This document shows positions 9,723 through 19,761 of a stretch of 64,000 bases of DNA, piece after piece (position 1 is the first letter of the stretch; every line of letters begins with the position of its first letter). The DNA lies in assembly GCA_900546475.1 (NCBI GenBank), contig URDI01000004.1, positions 1,451 to 65,450 on the forward strand, in the 5' to 3' direction. Origin of the DNA: an uncultured Collinsella sp. (GTDB taxonomy: Bacteria > Actinomycetota > Coriobacteriia > Coriobacteriales > Coriobacteriaceae). Made by a program: the position numbers and the translations under genes. The notes below the pieces were generated by a model that saw nothing but the letters and a program-made list of their open reading frames with translations, made no database searches and had not been told where the DNA came from.

Positions 9723-10256
9723 ATGAATATCACGGTATACCTGGGCGCGAACGTCGGCAACGACCCGGCGTTTCTGCCCGCGGTGCAGGAGCTGGGCGAC
9801 TGGATTGGCGCCAACGGCCACGCGCTGGTATACGGCGGGTCCAAGTCGGGGCTGATGGGCGCGCTCGCCGATAGCGTACTCGAGGCAGGTGGACACGTGA
9901 CGGGTGTTGAGCCGAGCTTTTTTATCGAGGCTGAGTTTCAACATGACGGTATCGACGATCTCATCGTGACGAGCGATATGGCCGAGCGCAAGGCCAAGAT
10001 GATCGAGCTCGGCGATGCATTCATTGCCTTTCCGGGCGGTACGGGCACGCTCGAGGAGATCGCCGAGGTCATGTCCGCGGTGTCGTTGGGGCACCTGAGT
10101 GCTCCGTGCATCCTGTATAACCTGGACGGTTACTACAACGACCTCAAGGCGCTACTCGGGCACATGATCGATAAGGGCTTATCGAGCCCGCAGCGCCAGC
10201 ACGGCATTTACTTTGCCGACGATTTGCGCGAGATTGCCTCGATTGTCAACGGGTAA
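9723..10256 (+). CDS. LOG-family (TIGR00730-type) nucleotide phosphoribohydrolase
   Basis: YGGSKSGLMG and the diagnostic PGGTGTLEE motif are present. Confidence 0.85.
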   Translation: MNITVYLGANVGNDPAFLPAVQELGDWIGANGHALVYGGSKSGLMGALADSVLEAGGHVTGVEPSFFIEAEFQHDGIDDLIVTSDMAERKAKMIELGDAFIAFPGGTGTLEEIAEVMSAVSLGHLSAPCILYNLDGYYNDLKALLGHMIDKGLSSPQRQHGIYFADDLREIASIVNG

Positions 10257-10381
10257 GTCTTGAGCCTGCCCCGCTACGACTCCCAATGGTGCCGTTTGCG
10301 GCGCAGATGGTTGGCTTGTTCGGGCAACGCTCGCTCTACAATAAAACGTATCTATGTCGACTTTGACCGCGGGAGGACCCG

Positions 10382-11686
10382 ATGGATAGCCTTGCCAAGC
10401 CCACAAACCGCGCGCTGTTTTTAGGTAGCGTTGCCGTGACCGGTGCGTTCGCAGGTGCCGCAGTCTGGCTGTTCTTCTTTGCGATGGAGCACGGTATCGA
10501 TTATCTATGGACCGAGATTCCGCATGTGCTGGGCGTCGCTTCGCCCGAGCTTGCCAGCGGTCCGTTCGGTTTTCTGCCGTACCCGTTTTTTGTCTGCCTG
10601 CTGGGCGGCCTGCTGATTGGCCTGTACGAAAAGATGACGGGCACCAAGACCGATGACCTTAACCAAGTGATGGCCAAGGTAAAGCGCGATGGACGCTACC
10701 CGTACGACAACCTGGGCAAGCTTTCGCTCGCGGCATTGCTGCCGCTGTTGTTTGGCGGCAGCATTGGACCGGAGGCCGGCCTGACCGGCGTCATTGCGGG
10801 GCTGTGCAGCTGGGTCGGCGACCGCATGCGCCGTTTTGGAGCCGAGTTTAGGGAGCTCACGCTGCTGGGTACCCAGGCCGCCCTGACGGCGCTCTTCACC
10901 GCGCCCGTGTTTGGCTTTGTGGCACCGCTTGCCGGAAGCGCCGACGGCCAGGGTGCCGGCGATGGCGATGATTCCGAATCCGGTGAGATAACCATCAGGA
11001 TGCCCAAGGCGCAAAAGACCGTGGTTTACGGCATCGCGATTGCCGGCGGCCTGGGCACCTACCTGCTGCTCGGACAGCTCATGGGCGGCGGCATGGGCAT
11101 GCCGAGGTTCGAGGCTGCCGTGGTGGGCAACCTGGAGCTTACCTGGCTCATTCCCCTGTCGTTGATCGGAACAGTCTGCGGCTGGCTGTACTTTGTCTCT
11201 GAGCACGCGAGCGAAGCGCTTGCCCATGCAATAGGGGAGCGTCCTGTCGTCAAGGCGATGCTGGCTGGTTTGGCGCTCGCGATCTGCGGCACGGTCCTGC
11301 CCTACACCATGTTTGCCGGCGAGACGCAGGCTGATGTGCTCATGGAGACCTATATGGACATCCCCGCTGGCGTGCTTATCGCGACCGGTCTTGTCAAGGC
11401 CATGTTGACGCCTGCCCTCATCAACCTTGGCTGGCGTGGCGGCCACTTCTTCCCGGTTATCTTCTCGGGTGTGAGCCTGGGCTACGGCCTTGCCATCCTC
11501 ACCGGCGCCGATCCGGTCTTTTGCGTCGCCGTTTGCACGGCCTCGACGATGGGCGCCGTCATGCGTCAACCCGTCATGGTCGTGGGCCTGCTGCTCATGT
11601 GCTTCCCACTCAAGGGCATCGTCTGCATGATCATCGCGGCCGCCATCGCCGCTGGCATTCCGCTGCCCAAGCCACTGCACAAGTAG
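10382..11686 (+). CDS. ClC-family voltage-gated chloride channel / H+-Cl- antiporter
   Basis: A polytopic membrane protein with GGSIGPEAG (a GSGIPE-like selectivity motif). A GGGAGGA Shine-Dalgarno lies upstream. Confidence 0.8.
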   Translation: MDSLAKPTNRALFLGSVAVTGAFAGAAVWLFFFAMEHGIDYLWTEIPHVLGVASPELASGPFGFLPYPFFVCLLGGLLIGLYEKMTGTKTDDLNQVMAKVKRDGRYPYDNLGKLSLAALLPLLFGGSIGPEAGLTGVIAGLCSWVGDRMRRFGAEFRELTLLGTQAALTALFTAPVFGFVAPLAGSADGQGAGDGDDSESGEITIRMPKAQKTVVYGIAIAGGLGTYLLLGQLMGGGMGMPRFEAAVVGNLELTWLIPLSLIGTVCGWLYFVSEHASEALAHAIGERPVVKAMLAGLALAICGTVLPYTMFAGETQADVLMETYMDIPAGVLIATGLVKAMLTPALINLGWRGGHFFPVIFSGVSLGYGLAILTGADPVFCVAVCTASTMGAVMRQPVMVVGLLLMCFPLKGIVCMIIAAAIAAGIPLPKPLHK

Positions 11687-11847
11687 CGTGGTGGTGTGCG
11701 GCCAATACAGGCATCCCAGGCCCGGCGTGAGAACGTAGCGTCTGCTGGGCTGCTGTTCCAACAGCCATTAAGAAAATATGCCAGATGACAGAGGTGGAAC
11801 GGCGCAACAAACCACGGTCAGCGCCTAGATCTCGCTCGGCATCGGCG

Positions 11848-12723
11848 CTACTTCCAAACCGCGAGCGCCGCAGTGCCCAGTACGATGAGGGCGAGACCGA
11901 TGGCGCTGCGTCGCGAGACTTTTTCGTTGAATGCCAGGCGCGCAAATAGTACCGATACGACAATCGATAGTTTGTCGATCTGCACCACGACGCTCACCTG
12001 GCCTGCGGCGATGGCATAGTAATAGAGCGGCCACGATGCTCCGGTCGCGATGCCCGATGCCGCGAGAAATACGAGTTCGTAGCGGTCTACGTGCACGGCT
12101 TGGCCCATCTTGCCTTTAGCTGCCACGATTGCCCATGCCATAACCAGTACCACGCAGGTACGGATTGCCGTGGCCAGGTTGGACTCGACGCCTTCGATGC
12201 CAACCTTGGCGAGGACGGAGGTGAGTGCTGCGAACACGGCGGCGCCGAGGGCGTAAGCGAGCCAGGTCCGGTCTTGCTGCTGCTCGGGTCCGGTTGACTG
12301 CTGCTTCTCGATCATTAAAAACGTGCCGAGGGTGATGACGGCGGTTCCCCCGAGCTTAACCGCAAGGTTGCTCGTCTCGCCAAAAAGCACGATGGCGATC
12401 AGCGCGGCGAGCACGGTGCTCATCTTGTCGACCGGTACGACCTTATTGACGTCTCCGATGCTCAACGCCTTAAAGTAACAGATCCACGAAGCGCCGGTAG
12501 CGAGTCCCGAGAGGACGAGAAAGAGCCAGGATCTGGGTTCGATGCTGCCAATGGTTCCAATGGATCCAGAAATACCCGCCATTGCCCAGGCGAAAACGAG
12601 CACCACGCAGGTGCGAATGGCCGTCGCGACATCGGAGTCGGTCTGCTTGATGCCGCATTTGGCCAAGATGGATGTGATGCCGGCAAAGAATGCTGACGCA
12701 AATGCTGCGACGACCCACGACAC
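11848..12723 (-). CDS. EamA/DMT-family transporter (two EamA repeats)
   Basis: Ten predicted TM helices. Internal duplication is visible (SDVATAIRTCVVLVFAWAM and SNLATAIRTCVVLVMAWAI). GTG start with an AAGGAGG Shine-Dalgarno. Confidence 0.8.
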   Translation of the reverse strand: MSWVVAAFASAFFAGITSILAKCGIKQTDSDVATAIRTCVVLVFAWAMAGISGSIGTIGSIEPRSWLFLVLSGLATGASWICYFKALSIGDVNKVVPVDKMSTVLAALIAIVLFGETSNLAVKLGGTAVITLGTFLMIEKQQSTGPEQQQDRTWLAYALGAAVFAALTSVLAKVGIEGVESNLATAIRTCVVLVMAWAIVAAKGKMGQAVHVDRYELVFLAASGIATGASWPLYYYAIAAGQVSVVVQIDKLSIVVSVLFARLAFNEKVSRRSAIGLALIVLGTAALAVWK

Positions 12724-12863
12724 GGGTTGAGCGCCTCCTTGGATAATGGGTTTATCCTGCGAGTTTTATGGACATGAGGATACCGCCCCGCCATGAAGGT
12801 TTGATATGGCCGCGGCGAGACGGGGGTCATGTTGCGGGGAGCCATTTGGTTAAGGCTCGAATT

Positions 12864-13043
12864 GAAGGTGAATGTTTTTCCGAGAAGTGAACGAGTCAAT
12901 ATGGACCCCTGGAGCATGCACGCTTTTTTCGAATAAAACCGCTGGATTTCTAGGCAAAAAGCGCAGGAACTAAGCCCATAAAAATGTCAATGATACAGGG
13001 TGCTGATTTTACTCGTTCACTTCTCGGAAAAACATTCACCCTC
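12864..13043. repeat. 33-bp terminal inverted repeat pair flanking a 114-bp segment (candidate inverton or MITE)
   Basis: GAAGGTGAATGTTTTTCCGAGAAGTGAACGAGT at 12864-12896 matches the reverse complement of 13011-13043 with one mismatch. 30 bp are perfect. Confidence 0.85.
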
Positions 13044-13173
13044 GATATGCTGTCGGCTTCTCTTTGGTCGCCAAGATCTAAACGGTACGCCGTGAAGGGT
13101 GGTAGCGACGTTGTTGCTGCTTCTCTTATCTAGTAAATGAGGTGGGGCGCCGCCCAAGTCCTTTAGCTGTCGA

Positions 13174-13875
13174 TCACAGGTCGCGTGCCCGGTAGACCTT
13201 GGTGCTGATGGCGCAGCTGACAACGCCAAGGATGACCGTTGCCAGCGCGACGGCACCACACAGGCAACCGAGGACGGCAAGATCGGGATTCGTCCCTGCA
13301 ATCGACATGAGCTGGTTGCTGATGGGGTTGAATGAGTTTAGCGTGACCATGATAAGGCACATGAATAGGGCGTACAGACCAACGGATAGGCGTTGCGCCT
13401 TCATGTGTTCAAATCGAAAGAACAGAGGCAGTACCAAAAACACCGCCATGAGGGAGAAAAGCATCGATATTGCCGAGGCGATTGCGGTCTCAAAGACGGT
13501 CTCTCCCGTGGAGGGGATACCCACGCTGTTTAAGATCGGGATGGCGACGATACTCAACAGCACGGCCGCGCACGCCATGATGACCGAGAAAATAGTGATG
13601 CACAGGTAGCGTGCGCTGACGATGTCTTTGCGTGAGATGGGCAGCGTTGCCCGATAGCGCTCCCATCCGTTTTGGTTGTCGAGCCCGGCCAGCGACGTCA
13701 TGGCCATGATAGGCGACATGGCACTGATCGCGAAGGCGCCGGCGGCGCTCATGTCGGAATCACCATTCGATGCCCTGACGGCGGTCAGCACGACGAAGAT
13801 GAACAGGCCGACACCTGCGATGCTCGGGACGAGCGTGCGAACGATGGGAAGCTCGGACATAATGGCGCGTTTCAT
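13174..13875 (-). CDS. ABC-2-type transporter membrane protein (YtrC/D-like)
   Basis: Six hydrophobic helices. Its start overlaps the ATPase stop (ATGA), which implies an operon with the GntR regulator and the ABC ATPase. Confidence 0.7.
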   Translation of the reverse strand: MKRAIMSELPIVRTLVPSIAGVGLFIFVVLTAVRASNGDSDMSAAGAFAISAMSPIMAMTSLAGLDNQNGWERYRATLPISRKDIVSARYLCITIFSVIMACAAVLLSIVAIPILNSVGIPSTGETVFETAIASAISMLFSLMAVFLVLPLFFRFEHMKAQRLSVGLYALFMCLIMVTLNSFNPISNQLMSIAGTNPDLAVLGCLCGAVALATVILGVVSCAISTKVYRARDL

Positions 13876-14753
13876 TTCAAAGCCCCTTTCAGCATGAAGC
13901 GAAGATAGTCATCAATGGTTGCCCGATCGCAGGGAATCTCGGGGAAGGCCTCGAGCACTTCGCGGTGGTTGGGCACGAGCACGTCCACGCTGTAGGCGTG
14001 GCGGGCGGCGCGGGTGCCTTCGACGCAAGCCATGAGCTCGGCGGCCTGTGCCTGGGTGCAGTGGGCGATGCCGGCGCGGTCGGTAATGTCCTCGCGTGGC
14101 AGGTCAAACACAATCGAGCCGTTATCGATGCAGATGACGCGGTCGGCAGCACGATCGAGATCAGACGTAATGTGGCTCGAGAGCAGCACGCTGCGCTGGC
14201 CGTCGGCGACAAAGGCGAGCAGCTCATCGAGCAGTTCCTCGCGTGCCATGGGATCGAGGCCCGCGGTGCCTTCGTCCAAAACGAGCAGCTTGGCATGGTG
14301 GCTGAGCGCGCAGGCGAGCTGCAGCTTCATACCCATGCCGCGGGAGAGGTCCTTGACCTTTGTCTTGGGATCGAGGCCAAATCGGTTGATGAATCCGGCG
14401 AACGTTTCGCGGTCCCACGTGGGGTACGCCGGGCCTACGAGCGCCTCGATCTGGCCGACCTTGAGCGTGGAGGGGAAGGGACATGTGTCCAGCACGAGGC
14501 CGATGCGAGAGCGCAGGTGGCGTTGCGACTCATCGGGCGCGTCGGTGCCACAGCGCTGCCCAAACAGGTGCACCTCGCCGGCATCGAGCTTTATAAGCCC
14601 AAGCGTGGCGCGAATGGTCGTCGTCTTGCCGGCGCCGTTTGCGCCCACAAAGCCAACAATTTGGCCGGGCTCCACGGCCAACGTGACGCCACGTAGCGAA
14701 AAGCGGTCGCTCACGCGGCGTGAGATGCTTTTGAGTTCTAGCAAGTTTTGCAT
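13872..14753 (-). CDS. ABC transporter ATP-binding protein
   Basis: Walker A GANGAGKTT, signature LSRGMGMKL and Walker B LLVLDEGTAGLD are present. Confidence 0.92.
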   Translation of the reverse strand: MQNLLELKSISRRVSDRFSLRGVTLAVEPGQIVGFVGANGAGKTTTIRATLGLIKLDAGEVHLFGQRCGTDAPDESQRHLRSRIGLVLDTCPFPSTLKVGQIEALVGPAYPTWDRETFAGFINRFGLDPKTKVKDLSRGMGMKLQLACALSHHAKLLVLDEGTAGLDPMAREELLDELLAFVADGQRSVLLSSHITSDLDRAADRVICIDNGSIVFDLPREDITDRAGIAHCTQAQAAELMACVEGTRAARHAYSVDVLVPNHREVLEAFPEIPCDRATIDDYLRFMLKGALK

Positions 14754-14776
14754 GGCATAGCCTTTCTTGCAGATGG

Positions 14777-15157
14777 TTACTGCATGGTTTCGGGGGCTAC
14801 CAGGTCGAGCATCTCGTGCAGTTTATCGCGCGTGACGCCCACGGCTTCGGCTTGCGTTGCTGCCTGTGCGAGCAGCTCTTCGATATGGCAGAGCTGATTT
14901 TCGCGCAAGAGTTCTTGGTTGCCCTCGGCGACAAAACAGCCCTTGCCCTGCACAGTGCAGATAAAGCCGAGTTGCTCCAGGTCGGCGTAGGCGCGCTTGG
15001 TGGTGATGACACTCACGCCAAGATCGCTCGCGAGTGCACGGATGCTGGGGAGTTTGGCTCCCGCAGCAAGCGTGCCCGAAAGGATCTGAGCTTTGACCTG
15101 CGAGGTTATCTGCTCGTAGATGGGCTTGTCGCTCGAATTGGATAGGATGATGTCCAC
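14777..15157 (-). CDS. GntR-family transcriptional regulator, YtrA-like short form
   Basis: 126 aa with a winged HTH (KLPSIRALASDLGVSVITTKRAYADLE) and a short C-terminal helical tail. It is the first gene of the GntR-ABC operon. Confidence 0.88.
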   Translation of the reverse strand: MDIILSNSSDKPIYEQITSQVKAQILSGTLAAGAKLPSIRALASDLGVSVITTKRAYADLEQLGFICTVQGKGCFVAEGNQELLRENQLCHIEELLAQAATQAEAVGVTRDKLHEMLDLVAPETMQ

Positions 15158-15184
15158 AGCGGCTCCTTAGCTGATGGGCTACAC

Positions 15185-15216
15185 GTGTATATAACCGGTA
15201 AGCACAGTATATACAC
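15185..15216. promoter_or_regulatory. Candidate GntR operator (inverted repeat GTGTATATA-N14-TATATACAC)
   Basis: A perfect 9-bp inverted repeat lies 28 bp upstream of the GntR start. The right arm contains GTATATAC, which fits the GT-N-TA-N-AC GntR-type core. Confidence 0.4.
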
Positions 15217-15272
15217 ACTATGTACAGTTGTGCAAGAGGAAATTACGGGGCTGTCCGTCCCTCTACTCATTC

Positions 15273-15570
15273 ATCTCAATCTGTAACAGTAAGACCCGTT
15301 TTGGATGACTAACTGTTACAGATTGAGATCTTTCTGAGACGTCCGACCGTTTGTCTCGATTTGTAACATCTGGAGGTCAAAGACCCGTTTATCTGTTACA
15401 GATTGAGATTTTGTCGACAGGTCCATTCATTTGTCTTGATCTGTAACATCTAGACCCGTTTTTGCTGGCTAACTGTTACAGATCAAGATATTGGCTGCCC
15501 GCCCTGTGCGTTCATCTCAACCTGTAACATCTGGAGGTCGAAAACCCTTCTAGGTGTTACAGATTGAGAC
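15273..15570. repeat. Array of four ~80-bp tandem units, each a 16-18 bp stem hairpin (eight alternating copies of a TCTCAATCTGTAACA-type arm)
   Basis: The arm pairs are 15273-15290/15312-15329 (18 bp perfect), 15353-15368/15394-15409, 15433-15448/15474-15489 and 15514-15529/15555-15570. The loops share AGACCCGTTT. Unit starts are spaced 80, 80 and 81 bp apart. Confidence 0.9.
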
Positions 15571-15714
15571 AAACCGTCGCGGAACACCGCTGACATTCCA
15601 CCGTCCGAGCCCCAACTGATGAATTTGTCCTGATAGGCGCCCTATGGCGAGGTTTCGCGGCTACAATAGTGCGGTTACATCGACGTAATGCACTCAATGC
15701 AAGAAAGGATCCGC

Positions 15715-17328
<1,614 letters not shown>

Positions 17329-17334
17329 TGCATC

Positions 17335-17373
17335 GGCGCGGTGGCCCTGTGGGGCTGCCGCGCCGTTTGCTTG
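17335..17373 (+). terminator. Probable intrinsic terminator after prfC
   Basis: A GC-rich stem (GGCGCGG..CCGCGCC plus an inner GCCC/GGGC) is followed by GTTTGCTTG. Confidence 0.5.
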
Positions 17374-17427
17374 CCTGATGCCGTGTGAGCGGCTATTATA
17401 CCCATCGTCGTCTCAAGACCGTGACGT

Positions 17428-17478
17428 CCGAGCAGTTCGGGTCCGATATCCTGCTCGTTAAACCTAAAACCAAAGGAG
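17428..17478 (+). ncRNA. Candidate preQ1-I-like riboswitch
   Basis: The sequence is GAGCAG-UUCGGGUCCGAUAUC-CUGCUC-GUUAAACCUAAAACCAAAGGAG. It has a short P1, a loop starting UUC and an A-rich tail running into the Shine-Dalgarno. It sits directly upstream of a YhhQ-type queuosine precursor transporter gene. Confidence 0.4.
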
Positions 17479-17484
17479 TACATA

Positions 17485-18207
17485 ATGATCAAGAAGGTCA
17501 TGGAGGACTACAAGGTCCTGTTGCGGAGCATTCCCGCGGCAACGGTTTCGCTGTTTTTCGTGAGCGTCATCATGATGAACCTGCTGGCCAACAAAGAGCT
17601 CATCAGCCTGCCGTATCTGGCACTCGATTGCGGCTTTGTGGTGAGCTGGGTTTCGTTTTTGTGCCAGGACATGATCTGCAAGCGCTTTGGCGCCAAGGCA
17701 TCCATCAAAATCTCTATCCTCGCGCTGCTGGTCAACCTGGCCGTGAGCCTGTGCTTTTGGGCATGCTCGCTCACGCCCGGCATGTGGGGCGCCTACTACG
17801 ACACGGGCATGATCGAGGTCAACAGCGCCCTTAACGCCACCATTGGCGGCACCTGGTACGTGGTGCTGGGCTCTTCGCTGGCAATGCTCGTTTCTGCCGT
17901 GGTTAATTCCACGCTCAATCAGTCGCTCGGCCGTATGCTCAAAAAGAATAACTTTGCGAGCTTTGCCTTCCGCTCTTATGTGTCCACGGGTGTTGGCCAG
18001 TTTATCGACAACTTGGTCTTTGCCATTGTGGTGAGCCACACGTTCTTTGGTTGGACCTGGGTGCAGGTCCTTATGTGCTCGCTGACCGGCGCTGTTGCCG
18101 AGCTGCTGTGCGAGGTCTTTCTGAGCCCCGTGGGCTATAAGGTCGTGCGCGGCTGGGAGCGCGAGAATGTGGGCTCCGAGTACCTCGAGCGCCACGCAAC
18201 CGCCTAA
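17485..18207 (+). CDS. yhhQ: Queuosine precursor transporter (YhhQ/DUF165/VUT family)
   Basis: 240 aa and polytopic, with NLLANK..LDCG..SFLCQD..FG and QFIDN family motifs. Confidence 0.8.
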   Translation: MIKKVMEDYKVLLRSIPAATVSLFFVSVIMMNLLANKELISLPYLALDCGFVVSWVSFLCQDMICKRFGAKASIKISILALLVNLAVSLCFWACSLTPGMWGAYYDTGMIEVNSALNATIGGTWYVVLGSSLAMLVSAVVNSTLNQSLGRMLKKNNFASFAFRSYVSTGVGQFIDNLVFAIVVSHTFFGWTWVQVLMCSLTGAVAELLCEVFLSPVGYKVVRGWERENVGSEYLERHATA

Positions 18208-18216
18208 GGAGCAAGT

Positions 18217-18897
18217 ATGCGGGTTTTGATCACGGGCGCTTCGGGCGGTATCGGAGCCGCGTGCGTGCAGCGCTTTTTGGACGAGGGCCACGAGGTCGTG
18301 GGCTTTGACCTGCTGCCGGCGGCGGTCGAGCACGAGCGCTACCGCCATTTGATCGTTGATGTCCGCGAGCCTGACTCGTTTCCAGGCGACCTTGAGCCTC
18401 AAGTAATCGTGAACGTTGCCGGTACGCAGGATTCGGCCGACGACATTGCCGCCAACCTGTGTGGCACCATCAACGTGACCGAACGCTACGCCTTTGTGGG
18501 GGAGGGGCTTGCCGCCAAGCCGACAGCGGCTATCAAATCTGTGGTCAATGTGGGGTCCGCGAGCGGACATACGGGATCGGAGTTTCCCGCCTATGCTGCC
18601 AGCAAGGGTGGCGTTATCGCCTACACCAAGAACCTTGCAAACCGCCTGGCGCCGCAGGCCATCGCCAACAGTGTGGACCCGGGCGGCGTTATCACGCCGC
18701 TCAACCGTTGCGTGATGGAAGACGAACGCCTGTGGAACCAGATTATGGAGCTTACGCCGCTTAAGCGCTGGGCCACCGCCCAAGAGATCGCCGAGTGGAT
18801 CTACTTTGTGGGCGTGACCAACCGTTTTATGACCGGGCAGAGCCTGCTGATCGATGGCGGCGAGGCCGGCCGCACACAATTTATTTGGCCCGAATAG
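18217..18897 (+). CDS. SDR-family oxidoreductase
   Basis: TGASGGIG cofactor motif, with catalytic YAASK. Confidence 0.88.
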   Translation: MRVLITGASGGIGAACVQRFLDEGHEVVGFDLLPAAVEHERYRHLIVDVREPDSFPGDLEPQVIVNVAGTQDSADDIAANLCGTINVTERYAFVGEGLAAKPTAAIKSVVNVGSASGHTGSEFPAYAASKGGVIAYTKNLANRLAPQAIANSVDPGGVITPLNRCVMEDERLWNQIMELTPLKRWATAQEIAEWIYFVGVTNRFMTGQSLLIDGGEAGRTQFIWPE

Positions 18898-18898
18898 G

Positions 18899-18934
18899 AA
18901 ACGCGCCCGATGGAAAGCCGTCGGGCGCGTTTTT
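18899..18934. terminator. Bidirectional intrinsic terminator between the SDR gene and ung
   Basis: AACGCGCCCGATGG-AAAG-CCGTCGGGCGCGTT is followed by TTTT. Confidence 0.7.
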
Positions 18935-18947
18935 GATGTATCGGTTT

Positions 18948-19673
18948 TTAGCCGAGGCAAGTCCAGTTGACGGGGGTCGAGCCGTGCTGTTCGAGTAGCC
19001 GATTGGCAGCGGAGAAGGGGCGCGACCCCATAAAGGCGGGGAGTTCTGCCGTGGCGCGGTTGGCCGAAAGCGGCGAGGGATGCGTGGAGGCAAGGCAGAA
19101 CTTGCCGGTTGCCTTGCCCGCACCAGTTGGGACGAGCTTGCCTTCGACCATCTGCTGGGCAAAGCGACCCCATGCCAAAAAGACGACCGGTTGGGGCAGC
19201 AGACAGCAGCGTTCGATAACATAGTCGGTGAGCGCGCTCCAGCCCAGTTTGGCGTGCGAGTTGGCGGCATGCTCGCGCACGGTGAGCGTGGTGTTAAGGA
19301 GCAGGACGCCCTGTTGTGCCCATGGGGTTAGGTCTCCCGTGGCGGGAATGGGGCAGTCCAGATCGGCGTTGAGTTCCTTATAGATGTTGCGCAGACTCGG
19401 CGGCAACTTGGTTTGCGTCGCAGGCACCGAGAACGACAGTCCCATGGCCTGGTTGGGTTCGTGATAGGGATCTTGGCCCAAAATGACAACCTTGACTTGG
19501 TTGGCCGGCGTATAGGCGAGGGCATTGAGGATGTCGTCTTGTGCTGGGTAGATAGTCTGCTCGGCACGCAAAAGGGCGATGCGCTCGAGCAGCTGGTTCG
19601 TCGTGTCACGTACCGGCTGTGGCGCATCGCCCAACCAAGTTGTTATGTTGCGGTCGCGAGTTGCGGTGTCCAT
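18948..19673 (-). CDS. ung: Uracil-DNA glycosylase (family 1)
   Basis: GQDPYH water-activating motif and HPSPLSA leucine-loop motif. Confidence 0.93.
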   Translation of the reverse strand: MDTATRDRNITTWLGDAPQPVRDTTNQLLERIALLRAEQTIYPAQDDILNALAYTPANQVKVVILGQDPYHEPNQAMGLSFSVPATQTKLPPSLRNIYKELNADLDCPIPATGDLTPWAQQGVLLLNTTLTVREHAANSHAKLGWSALTDYVIERCCLLPQPVVFLAWGRFAQQMVEGKLVPTGAGKATGKFCLASTHPSPLSANRATAELPAFMGSRPFSAANRLLEQHGSTPVNWTCLG

Positions 19674-19761
19674 GGGGCTCCTTTATGGCAGATGCTCTGT
19701 TGGCATCTATTGTAAAGGCGCACCGGTTGCCTTTATGCCGCGGCTGCATGAAGAGTGGGGT

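Noticed and set aside
15273-15570. The hairpin array read as a CRISPR array or an integron attC array.
   Set aside because: The repeats alternate in orientation rather than being direct. The spacers are conserved between units and only ~22-25 nt long. No cas or intI genes are present. The arms do not fit the RYYYAAC/GTTRRRY attC cores, and there are no cassette ORFs.
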